Shown: in pieces, positions 54,869-64,000 of the stretch | How positions within the stretch are numbered: position 1 is the first letter of the stretch | Layout of the letters: each line of letters starts with the position of its first letter | DNA from: an uncultured Chloroflexia bacterium | GTDB lineage: Bacteria > Chloroflexota > Limnocylindria > Limnocylindrales > CSP1-4 | DNA: 64,000 bases | Assembly: GCA_963794525.1 (NCBI GenBank) | Contig: CAWCEC010000004.1 | Span: 81,222 to 145,221 of the forward strand | Direction: 5' to 3' | Notes under the pieces: generated by a model | The model's input: the letters and a program-made list of their open reading frames with translations, nothing else | Databases searched by the model: none | What the model was told of the DNA's origin: nothing | Position numbers and translations under genes: made by a program

Positions 54869-56389
54869 CCGAAGAGCCCGGCCGCGTTCGTCCAGAAGAC
54901 GCGATCCATCGCCGCGGCCGGGATGCCGGCATCGCGGTACGTCCCGAGCACGAATGCCGGCTCCAGCAGCGGTGCGTCGCTTCCCCACAGCAGCCGCTCC
55001 GGCCCGGCGATCGCGACGGCCTCGCGGACCGTCGGGAGGTGCGCGAAGCTGCTGGAGAGTTCCAGGTAGACGTTGTCGTGCGCGGCGACGAGGCGAGCGC
55101 CTTCGACGCTCGGGGTGCCGAGCCCACCGTGCGCGATCACGATCGGCAGCCGTGGATGCCGTCGAGCGATGTCCCCGAGCGCGACGTCCCAGCCGTCGCC
55201 CATGTTGTGGATCTTGACCGGGCGGCCGAATCGGGCGAGCAGGTCGAACAGCTCGGTCATGGCTCGCGAGGCGGTGGGCGTCCCGGTCCATTCGCCGTGG
55301 ACCTTGACGCCCAGGACGCCCGGTGCGTCCAGGTAGCGGCGCAGCTGGTCCGCGGTCGTCTCGAGGTCGGTGGGATCGGCGACGACGTACCCGTAGAGCC
55401 CGTCGCTGCCGTGAGCGGCTGCGGCGCGCGCGGCTTGCTCGTTGCCGCGCTCGGGATCTCCGAAGATGCGCGAGCGCGGCGGACGCCACGGCCCGCTGCG
55501 TCGGCGCGACGCGCAGTCCGTCGAGCAACCGGTCGTCGGCAACCTGCGGGACGTCGAAGTCGAGCGGCCCGAAGTGGCTGTGCACGTCGCAGGCACGGGC
55601 CGGGCCATCCGGCTCGGTCAGGTCGATCGGACCGTCCGGAAGCCCGAACAAACGGATCGCGTTGTGTCCGAGGATCGCGCGCTTGGCATCGGCCGGGATC
55701 GCCGCCGCGAGGACGGCGCCGATCGGCGACGCGGCGGCCCGGCGGGGGCTGCCGGTCCCGAGCAGGACGCGTTCGGCTCCGATCGTCCGCACGGCGGTCT
55801 CGATCGCTCGGAAGTGGGCCAGCCCGCTGGTCTCGAGATGGAGATGCGGATAGCGGACGGCCGCCGCCAGGTCGTCGACGATGTGGCTGTAGTGGGCGCC
55901 CAGGAGCACCACCGGGATCCCGAGATCGGCGGTCGCCGCCCCGATCACGCTGGCCGCGCCGGGACGGTCCACCGGGATCAGGAGTGGCAGCCCGGCAAGG
56001 CCGATCGCCCGCAGGACGTCGCCGACCGCATCGGACGGCGGCCCATCACCGGCCCAGCCCTCGAGGCGATAGCCGACCGCCCCTGATCGCTTCGCCTCGT
56101 CGACCCGCTGCGGACCTGCCCCGCTCTGCCGTGTCCCGATGACGGCGATCGCCCGGAGCCCGTTGGCGGGCTCTGCCGCCGCCTCCAGCGCCAGCCGGTT
56201 GCCGGTCGGCCCGTGGGCCCAGGTGGCGAGGAGCGATGACGCCAGCGACAGCCGGATGCCGTGGGCAAGGCGCTCCGAGACGAGGGATCCGAGTGCGGCC
56301 CCGGCCGTTCCGGCGGTGCCGTGGTCCGGCCCGAATACCGCGTGGACGTCGATGAAGCCGCGCGTTGATCCGCTGCTGGGGTCGGCCAC
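54862..56389 (-). CDS. Two-domain amidohydrolase (tandem Amidohydro_2-like barrels); frameshifted near 55480
   Basis: N-domain DVHAVFG...HLETS...GAERVLLGT.SP; C-domain DVHSHFG...VKVH...KIH...IAH...GPERLLWGSDAP. Confidence 0.83.
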
Positions 56390-57526
56390 CTAGCGGAACC
56401 GGCCGCGACCGATGACCGGCCACCGTTCGACGACCCGCTCACCGTCGACCGCGACGAGCTCGTCATGCATGTTCACCGCGCCGCACGCGTGGTTGGGGAT
56501 GATCCGAACGCGCTCACCGATCCGCCAGCCTGGATCCGGCGCTCCGGCCGGCAGCTCGATGACCCCGTGCTCCTCGGTCGCGCGAACGATCGCGAGGTCG
56601 GGCCGGGTCAGCGGCCGGCCCCACGTCCCCCAGCCGTAATCCTCGCCGGCCAGCGCCTTGATCCCGGCATCGAGCACGTAGCGGTCCGCCCGCGCGTGGC
56701 TGACGACGGTCGCCATGACCGTCAGCGCGCAGTCGTCGAGCGTCGCCGGGCCAAGACTGACCTGCTTGAGGTCCTGGAACGCGTACACACCGGCCCGCAG
56801 CTCGGTCACTCCCGGGACCTTCACCGCGTGGCGCGCGGTCGGCGTGCTGCCGACGGTCACGACGTCCGCACGGAGCCCGCGGTCGCGCATGGAACGGGCG
56901 ATGGCGATCGCATCCTCGCCCTCCCGCCGACCGATGGCCGCCTGGCGCTCGGGGTCCGTGGTGCCATACGCGTTCCCGTAGTTCATGACGCCGACGAGCT
57001 CGAGGCCCGGCAGGTCGGCGACGCGCTCCGCCAGCTCGACCGCCGCGTCGGGTGACGCGGTTCCAGACCGGCCTGCCCCGCCATCCAGGCTGACGACGAC
57101 GTCGGCGCGGCGGCCGCGCTCGGCGAGGAAGGCCGATGCGGCCGCCGCTGCGTCGAACGTGTCCACCTCGAAACGGACCTGTGCACGGTCCATCAAACGG
57201 ACCAGGCGCTGGAGCTTCGCGTCGCCGACCAGCGGGTAGGCGACGAACAGGTCGTCGAAGCCTGCATCGGCCATCGCCTCGGCCTCGCCGAGCTTGGCCA
57301 CGGTCAGACCGACCGCCCCGTGCGCCACCTGTCGTTCGGCGACCTCGCGCGTCTTGTGCGTCTTGGCATGCGGTCGATGCACGACGCCGGCGTCCCGGGC
57401 GACGGCGGCCATCGCCGCCAGGTTCGCTTCGAGCCGCGCGACATCGACGAGGGCGACCGGGGTATCGAGATCGCCGAGATAGCGGCCGGTGGCGGACTGC
57501 CGTGCGGCCGACGCCCCCTGGGTCAC
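56390..57526 (-). CDS. DSD1/D-threonine aldolase family (fold-type III) PLP enzyme
   Basis: LDTP, RPHAKTHK, VAKLGEAE, GSTPT, ELRAGVY, DAG.K, EEHG, PNHAC. Confidence 0.92.
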   Translation of the reverse strand: MTQGASAARQSATGRYLGDLDTPVALVDVARLEANLAAMAAVARDAGVVHRPHAKTHKTREVAERQVAHGAVGLTVAKLGEAEAMADAGFDDLFVAYPLVGDAKLQRLVRLMDRAQVRFEVDTFDAAAAASAFLAERGRRADVVVSLDGGAGRSGTASPDAAVELAERVADLPGLELVGVMNYGNAYGTTDPERQAAIGRREGEDAIAIARSMRDRGLRADVVTVGSTPTARHAVKVPGVTELRAGVYAFQDLKQVSLGPATLDDCALTVMATVVSHARADRYVLDAGIKALAGEDYGWGTWGRPLTRPDLAIVRATEEHGVIELPAGAPDPGWRIGERVRIIPNHACGAVNMHDELVAVDGERVVERWPVIGRGRFR

Positions 57527-58694
57527 GTCGCGACCCGCTCGAGGTAGTACGCGGAGCCGAGGGCGAAGCCGGCGGCGATCCGGCTCAGCTCCGTGACGGC
57601 GAGCTCCTCATGGTCACTGTGGTTGGTGATGGGATCGGGCCCATAGCCGACGGCCGGGATCCCGGCTTCGCGCACGAAGTGCACCGCGTTGGTGGCCACC
57701 CGCGCCCGCACGAGGCGAAGCTCGCGTTCGAACAGGTCTCGATGGGCGTCGACCATGGCGCCCACGATCGGCTCCCGGGGGTCGACCGCGAAGCTCTCCG
57801 CGATCGGGACCGCGCGCAGGTCGATGTTCGCGCCGGTCTGCCGGCGGATGCCGTCGACGAGCGACTCCAGCTCCGCGGCGACCTCGGCCAGGTCGGACGA
57901 GCCGTCATGGCGTCGCGTTCCGGCCAGCTCGGCACGCACGGGCAACCGGTTCGGATAGTCACCCGAGGCGAATTGCCCGATGAACAGCGAGGGCTTCGGG
58001 GATGGTGCCGGATCGGCCGCCAGTCGGTCGCGCAGGCCGGCCAGGGCGTCATGGAGCTGTCGACCGACCTCGACGGGATCGATCGTGCCGGGCTCGGCCA
58101 CGGTCTCGTGGACGGCCATCCCGGCACGCTCCACCTCGATCTCCCAGAAGGTCAGACCCAGGCCGGCGATCGGCAGCTCGACCCCGCCGCCGAGCTCACC
58201 GGTGATCACGGCATCGCCATGGATGCCCCTGGCGATCAACGCGTGGAGTGGTTCGTTCCCACCGCTCTCGTGCTTCCCGTGGAGGGTGATGAGGACCCGC
58301 CCCGCGGCCGGCTGATCAACGGAGCGAAGCAGGCGGATGGCCGCGACCATCGCGGCATCGGGGCCCTTCATGTCGGCGGCACCGCGGCCGACGAGGCGGT
58401 CGCCGAGCCGCTCGGGGGGCGTGTGCTCGACGTCGATCGCGTCGAGGTGGCCGTGCCACTGGATGGTCGGACCGTCCGTCGGCGCCGAGCTCGGCGATCA
58501 CGCTCGGGCTGTCGGGGTACTCGCGATCCAGTCGGACGCGGGCCCCCGCGTCGGACAGCTCGGCGGCCATCCGATCGGCGATGACGGCCTCGTGTCCGGG
58601 TGGGCTCCAGATCTGCAGCAGGTCAAGGGTCAGACTCGGCGATCGGCTCAGGATCGATGGTTCGACAGGCGTCGCGCAGGTCGGCCAGGCTCAA
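57523..58694 (-). CDS. M20 family metallopeptidase/deacetylase (ArgE/DapE-like); frameshifted
   Basis: SPPGHE, GHLD, GRGAADMKG, HES, GE, AVH, YGP, HSDHE; TTG start overlaps the GntR stop. Confidence 0.83.
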
Positions 58695-59486
58695 GCGCGA
58701 CCCCTGTCGCTCGGCCCTCTCGCCCCATCGCGCTTGCGTCGTGGGGCGCCGAGACCGGCCAGCATCGTCGGGACCTCGAGGACGTGTTGGCGCGCCAGCG
58801 TGGCGGCATAGTCCGGGTCTCCGTCGCGAAGGGCGTCCACGAGCACCGTGTGGGAGCCGGCGGCATTCTTGAGGAAGTACCTGGCGGTCGACCCGGGACG
58901 GTCGAGGGCCTGGTACGAGCGCACCCTGACCAGCCCATCGAGGCCCGACCAGATGTGGCGCAGCAGCGTCATGCCGGACCACTCCACGATCAGGCCGTGG
59001 AATCGCAGGTCGATACTCCGCGATCGCCCCCACCTCCTGGCTCCTGATCGCCCCCCGCATCTCCTCGATAAGTGCCTCGAGCCGTGCCAGCTCCGGCTCG
59101 CCGATCACGTCGACGGCGGCCGCGGTCGCCCGTCCCTCGATCACCGCGCGGAGCTCGTAGATCGCATCGATCTCGGCTTCGGGCAGCCCGACCACGACGG
59201 CCCCCCGGTGCGGGAAGATCTCGACCAGCCCCTCCTGCTCGAGATGGCGGATCGCCTCCCGGACGGGTGCGCGGCTGACGCCCATCCGCTCGGCGATGTC
59301 GGCCTCGAGGAGGCGTGATCCCGCCGTGATCTCATTGGCGAGGATCGCGCTGCGCAGGGCGCTCAGGACCTCCTGGCGGAGCACACGAGGCTGGATCCGC
59401 TGGAGATTGAGCCCGGCCCCGGGCTGGCCCGGTTCCGTCACCGAGCTGTCGTCGCGAGGGGGTTCATCGCGCCGTCCCGTCGTCAT
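58691..59486 (-). CDS. GntR (FCD) transcriptional regulator; frameshifted near 59010
   Basis: RVLRQEVL..LR, IAERMGVSRAPVREAIRHLEQEGLVE.FPHRGAVVVG; close paralog of 26588-27271. Confidence 0.9.
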
Positions 59487-60771
59487 CGAGCCCGCCCGCC
59501 CGCGGCCGCCGGGATCGGCATCGCCTGCGGGCCGACCGGCGTCCCCGCCTGGAGCACGAGGCCCGGCGAGCGCAACGCGGAGATGGACGCCAGCGGGTCC
59601 GCATCGACGACCAGCAGGTCGGCGATGTGGCCCACTTCGAGGAGTCCGACGTCGGACAGCCCGAAGAGTCGTGCCGTGACGGTGGTCGCCGATGCGAGTG
59701 CTGCCTGCGGGTCCATGCCGTGTGCAACGTACAGCTCGAGCTCGCCGACCATGTCGCCCACGGGAACCAGCGGGGCACCTCCGTCGTTGCCCGCCGCGAT
59801 GCGGACGCCGGCCTTGATGGCGGCCTGCAGGAAGACGACCAGGCTGTCGTGGAGGGCCTCGCACTGCTCGACCACGAAGTCGGGGATCCCCGCAGCGACC
59901 CCATGGTCGATGATCCGCCGGTCCGACAGGATCGTGGGGACGAGCGCCGTGCCGCGCTCCAGCATCAGGTCGATCGCATCCTGGTCGCCGCCGTGGCCGT
60001 GCTCCACCGAGTCGACCCCCGCGCGGACGGCATTGAGGATGCCGATCCGGCTTTCGGCGTGTGCGGCGACGGGCACGCCGCGTTTGTGGGCTTCCTCGAC
60101 GGCCGCAGCCATCTCGTCCACGGTCAGCTGCGGCTGGCCGGCCTGCCGTCCGCCGGTCATCATGCCGCCCGTCGCCATCAGCTTGATCGACCCGGCACCG
60201 GCCCGCAGGTTCTCTCGGGTCGCCCGTCGCACGGCGTCGGGGCCGTCCGCCTCGAGACCGATCCACCAGCCGTGGCCGCCGGTCATCGTCACGACTCGAC
60301 CGCTCGGGATCACCCGTGGGCCCGGGATCTCACCGGCGTCGACGAGTCTCGCGAGCTCGATGTCGATCCCGTCCGGGCCGCCGACGTCGCGGATCGTCGT
60401 CACGCCCGAGCGGAGCGTCGCGTCGAGGCGAGCGGCGGTGCGGATGACGGTCTCGCTCCGGTTCTCGGACGCGCAGGGCCGCCTCGGGGTCGGGCCCGCC
60501 GTCAAGGCAGACGTGCGCGTGGGCGTTCATCAGACCAGGCACGACCCACCGGCCCGTCGATCTCGATGACCTCCGCTCCGGGCGCCTCGAGGTCGCGACC
60601 GATCGTGTCGATGCGCCCGTTCCGGATCAGCAGGTCGGTCGCTTCCGGTCGCGCGCCGCGGGCATCGACCAGGTGACCGCCGCGAAGCAGCAGCCCGCCG
60701 TGCCGCTCGTGATCGCGCGGCCCGCGCAGCCCGTCGCCGAGGTCCGTCCCGTTCGATCCGCCGCCGATCAC
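59483..60771 (-). CDS. Metal-dependent amidohydrolase (Xaa-Pro dipeptidase/Sgx-like); frameshifted near 60545 and 60470
   Basis: PGLMNAHAH, GVTTIRDVG, TGGHG, IKLMATGG, AAHA, VEHG, GNDGG, ADLLVV..DP. Confidence 0.88.
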
Positions 60772-61895
60772 GGCCGGATGCGCGCCCAGCGCGCACTCCG
60801 GGCGTCACCGCTGCCACCGTAGAACGTGACGAGCACCTGCCCGTCGGCCAGCAGGGCGCCGCGGGCATGCCCGAACTGCCATGCCCCCATGTCGTTCCAG
60901 AACTCGCCCTGCGCTCGCGGACCGCCCGCACCCGGTTCCGTGCCGGCGTCGCTTGCCCAGACGACCACCTCGTCGGCCGGATCCCAGGTCCGCCCGAAGT
61001 CGTGGCTCAGGGCGGCGCGGATGCCGGGTGGGTCGGCCCGGTGCGAGTAGACCGCCAGGAGCCGGTCACCACCCAGCGCGATGGGCTGGCAATGCTGGCC
61101 GGCCAGACCGGTGCCGACGGGCGACGTCCAGGTGCGACCATCGGCCGTCCCCCACGCGACATGGATGTCGACGTCCTGACCGGCCGCCGGATCGTGGGTC
61201 CAGAACATGTTGACCAGTCGGCCATCCGTCGGGTGCGTGTCCAGGCGCTGGTCCCAGTAGAACAGGGCATCGTCCGGATGGTGGGCGACGAGGACGTCCG
61301 TCTGCCATGTCGCACCCTCGTCGGTCGACAGGCGCAGCCAGGCGGCCGGCTTCCCGGGCGCCGGATCGTCGCGCTCCTTCCAGTGCTCGAACGGCTGGGC
61401 GAGCGTCCCATCCGACAGGCGCAGCAGCGGGCCCGTGGTCGACGCCCCGGGATGCGGACCGAGGTCGATGCGTCGACGCTGCGGCCAGCTCCGGCCGCCG
61501 TCGGTCGAGACCAGGTGGTATGCCCGCATCCCCAGGAGCCCTTGCGTCTCGGGGTGGACCCACGGCTGCGTCGGGTCGGTCCGGTCCGTCCAGAGCACCG
61601 ACGCGGTGAGCTCGCCGGGCGTCAGCTCGGCGATGTACCAGCCCCGGGTCTCACCGGGCCAGTCCTCCCACACCCGCTCGGACAGGCCCAGGAACCGAAG
61701 CTCCCACGTGTCACCCGCGTCGACCGACGCGAAGATGGCGGTCTGGCCGTCGGGACCCTCGCGATCGGTCCCGAGGCGGCACGTGACCAGCACCGAATCG
61801 TCCGCCAGCCGGATGGCGGACGTCGCCGATGCCGAACGCAAGTTGATCGGGGCCGTCTGGGCGTCCCAGATCACGCCGGAGGCCAGGACGTCCAT
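60768..61895 (-). CDS. BNR/Asp-box sialidase-fold protein
   Basis: SVDAGDTW, STDGGRSW, STDEGATW, TADGRTW, SHDFGRTW; HPETQG, WDQR, MGAWQFGH; GAGGA RBS. Confidence 0.87.
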   Translation of the reverse strand: MDVLASGVIWDAQTAPINLRSASATSAIRLADDSVLVTCRLGTDREGPDGQTAIFASVDAGDTWELRFLGLSERVWEDWPGETRGWYIAELTPGELTASVLWTDRTDPTQPWVHPETQGLLGMRAYHLVSTDGGRSWPQRRRIDLGPHPGASTTGPLLRLSDGTLAQPFEHWKERDDPAPGKPAAWLRLSTDEGATWQTDVLVAHHPDDALFYWDQRLDTHPTDGRLVNMFWTHDPAAGQDVDIHVAWGTADGRTWTSPVGTGLAGQHCQPIALGGDRLLAVYSHRADPPGIRAALSHDFGRTWDPADEVVVWASDAGTEPGAGGPRAQGEFWNDMGAWQFGHARGALLADGQVLVTFYGGSGDARSARWARIRP

Positions 61896-61930
61896 CAGGT
61901 CCTCACTCGATCCGCGTTCGCGCTACGTGT

Positions 61931-61946
61931 CGAATGTATACGATAT
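61931..61946. promoter_or_regulatory. AT-rich divergent promoter with GntR/FadR-like site ATGTATACGA
   Basis: GTATAC palindromic core in the divergent gap; -10-like TACGAT (+) and TACATT (-). Confidence 0.45.
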
Positions 61947-61999
61947 CCCGGCCAGCGGACGTCATCCCATGTCGCCGCGCACCGCCATCGGAGACGCCC

Positions 62000-63131
62000 G
62001 TGACCGTCGAACGCGCGCCGGCCAGATCCCCCGCCGTGGGGATGACCAAGGCGGAGCTCGACACCCCGGTCATGCTGCTCGACCTCGACCGGTTCGAGGC
62101 CAATGCCCGTCGGCTGGCGGACGCCATCAGGGCCGGCGGCAAGGACTGGCGGCCACATTCGAAGGGCCACAAGTCGCCCTGGATCGCCCGCCGCCAGATG
62201 GAGCTCGGGGCGATCGGCGTGACCTGCGCCAAGGTGTCGGAAGCGGAGGTCATGGTCGACGGCGGCGTGCCATCGGTCCTGATCGCGAACGAGCTCGTGA
62301 CGCCCGGGCAAGGTGGAGCGGGCGGCGCGACTGCTGGCGCGGGCCGAGGTGATGATCGGCGCCGACGATCCATTCCACGTGCGCCTGGCATCGGACGTGG
62401 CCTCCCAGCTCGGCGTCGAGATCCCGATGGTCGTCGACGTGAACGTGGGGATGGACCGGACGGGCGTCGCTCCCGGCCGGCCGGCGCTCGAGCTGGCGCG
62501 CGCCATCGACGGCGCGCCCGGCCTGCGGTTCGCGGGGATCATGGGCTACGAGGGCCACGTCCTGACGGCCTGGCCCGATGAGGAGAAGCGAGCCGCAACG
62601 GCGGCGGCGGGCGCCGGGCTGATCGAGTCACGACAGCTGATCGAGGCCGACGGGATCGAGGTTCCCATCGTCAGCGGCGGCGGCTCGGGCAACTACATGT
62701 TCGCCGCGTCGCTCGACGGCCTGACCGAGCTGCAGGCGGGTGGGGCGTGCCTCATGGATGCGTTCTACGGCAAGCTGTGCCACCTCGAGGAGCTCGGCTT
62801 CGAGTACGCGCTGACCATCCTGACGACGGTTACGAGCCGACCGACGACCGAGCGCGTCATCACCGACGCCGGGTTCAAGACGCTGTCCGCGCGCGAGGAA
62901 GGGCAGCCCATCCTGCTGGACCGGCCGGGCGTCGAGCTGCAATACCTGTCGGCCGAGCATGGGCTCTGGATCCGCGGCGCCGACAGCCCCGACATCCGGA
63001 TCGGCGATCAGCTCGAGATCATCCCTGACTACCACGACACCACGACGTTCCGTCACGACGCCTTCGTGGGCATCCGGGGCGACGTGGTCGAGGAGGTGAT
63101 CCCGCTCCTGGCCCGCGGAAAGCTGGCCTGA
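62000..63131 (+). CDS. DSD1/D-threonine aldolase family PLP enzyme; frameshifted near 62310
   Basis: ELDTP, WRPHSKGHK, CAKVSEAE, GMDRTG, MGYEGH, SGGGSG, ELQAG, DAGFK, SAEHG, YHD. Confidence 0.9.
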
Positions 63132-63136
63132 GCGCG

Positions 63137-64000
63137 ATGGATCTGGATCTCCTCATCCGGGGCGGGACCGTCGTCGATGGGACCGGATCACCCGGCGTGA
63201 CGGCCGACGTCGGTGTCCGCGGCGACCGGATCGTCGCGGTCGGGCAGCTCGGGGACGCGCGGGCCGCCCATGTCGTCGACGCCACGGACCGCATCGTGGC
63301 TCCCGGGTTCATCGACGTCCACGTCCACTCGGAGACGGCGCTCCGCGGCAACGGCGACATCTGGGGCTCGGTGCTGCAGGGCGTGACGACGCACCTGACG
63401 GCCCCCGACGGCTTCGGCTGGGCGCCGCTGCCCCAGGACGCTGCGGCCGAGCTCTGGCGCTCGACGGCATTCGCCTATGGCCAGGCGGACCTCGCGCCCG
63501 ACTGGCCGACGATCGAGCGCTACCTCGACTCCTTCGCGGATCTCCCGGTCAACGTCGTTCCGATGGTGCCCCACCAGGCCGTGCGTTTCGCCGTGCTGGG
63601 CTGGGACCCTCGCCCGGCCGATCCGGGCGAGCTGGATCGGATGTCCGAGCTCACCAGGGACTGGATGGAGGCCGGCGCGGTCGGGCTCAATACCGGGCTC
63701 GACTACCAGCCGGCCGCCAGCAGCGACACCCGCGAGCTCGTCGAGCTCGCCCGCGTCGTCGCGGAGTACGGCGGGATCTATGCGGCGCATATCCGCTATA
63801 CCGGGGTCGGGCGAGCCGGCAGCGTATCGCGAGTCGATCCAGATCGGTCGCGAGGCCGGCATCCCCATCCGCGTGTCGCACGAAACGGTCGATGACGAGA
63901 CCGAACCGGTGCTCGACGAGGCCCAGCGGGCCGGCGTCGACTTCGGGATCGACTGGTACGCCTATCCCGCCGGGTCGAGCCACCTCCTCGTCTGGCTGCC
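63137..64000 (+). CDS. N-acyl-D-amino-acid deacylase family protein (3' truncated; frameshift near 63820)
   Basis: DLLIRGGTVVDGTG, APGFIDVHVHSE, QGVTT, TGLDYQP, HIR, VSH. Confidence 0.88.

Noticed and set aside
51944-55069. 1041-aa plus-strand ORF
   Set aside because: An enolase whose stop is missed through a frameshift near 53205, reading on antisense to the deacylase.
53261-56389. 1042-aa amidohydrolase-deacylase fusion
   Set aside because: Produced by the frameshift near 55480; the middle is Arg/Pro-rich off-frame sequence and the true C-domain lies in 54862-55608.

Overview
Very GC-rich (~70% by eye), gene-dense bacterial DNA. Composition, the F420-type enzymes and an Ala/Pro/Ser-linker lipoprotein suggest Chloroflexota (Limnocylindria-like) or Actinomycetota; this is inference only. 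Nearly the whole window is one accessory catabolic island of about 58 genes. I saw no housekeeping genes, tRNA/rRNA, CRISPR arrays or mobile elements. The island is built from repeated enzyme families: 7 enolase-superfamily (MR/MLE) proteins, none with the canonical KxK motif; 4 Gfo/Idh/MocA dehydrogenases; 3 related cytoplasmic BNR/sialidase-fold proteins; and pairs of alpha-hydroxy-acid oxidases, D-2-hydroxyacid dehydrogenases, DSD1/D-TA PLP enzymes, N-acyl-D-amino-acid deacylases, GNATs, MFS transporters, LLM oxidoreductases and GntR regulators. It also carries HpcH and DHDPS-family aldolases, an ALDH, an orphan PDH-E1-like enzyme, a sugar ABC transporter, a dimethylformamidase-beta-like enzyme and a PAL-like lyase. 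No sugar kinase is recognisable. The clearest non-coding signal is an AT-rich palindrome, TAGATTGTC(G/T)ACAATCTA, found six times, only at divergent promoter junctions between 17 and 49 kb and overlapping -10 boxes; it points to a single GntR-controlled regulon. Working hypothesis: an undescribed kinase-free (non-phosphorylative) pathway for N-acylated/amino-sugar acids or sugar-amino-acid conjugates. About 30 single-base frameshifts look like long-read assembly errors, so several long ORFs in the track are artefactual fusions.
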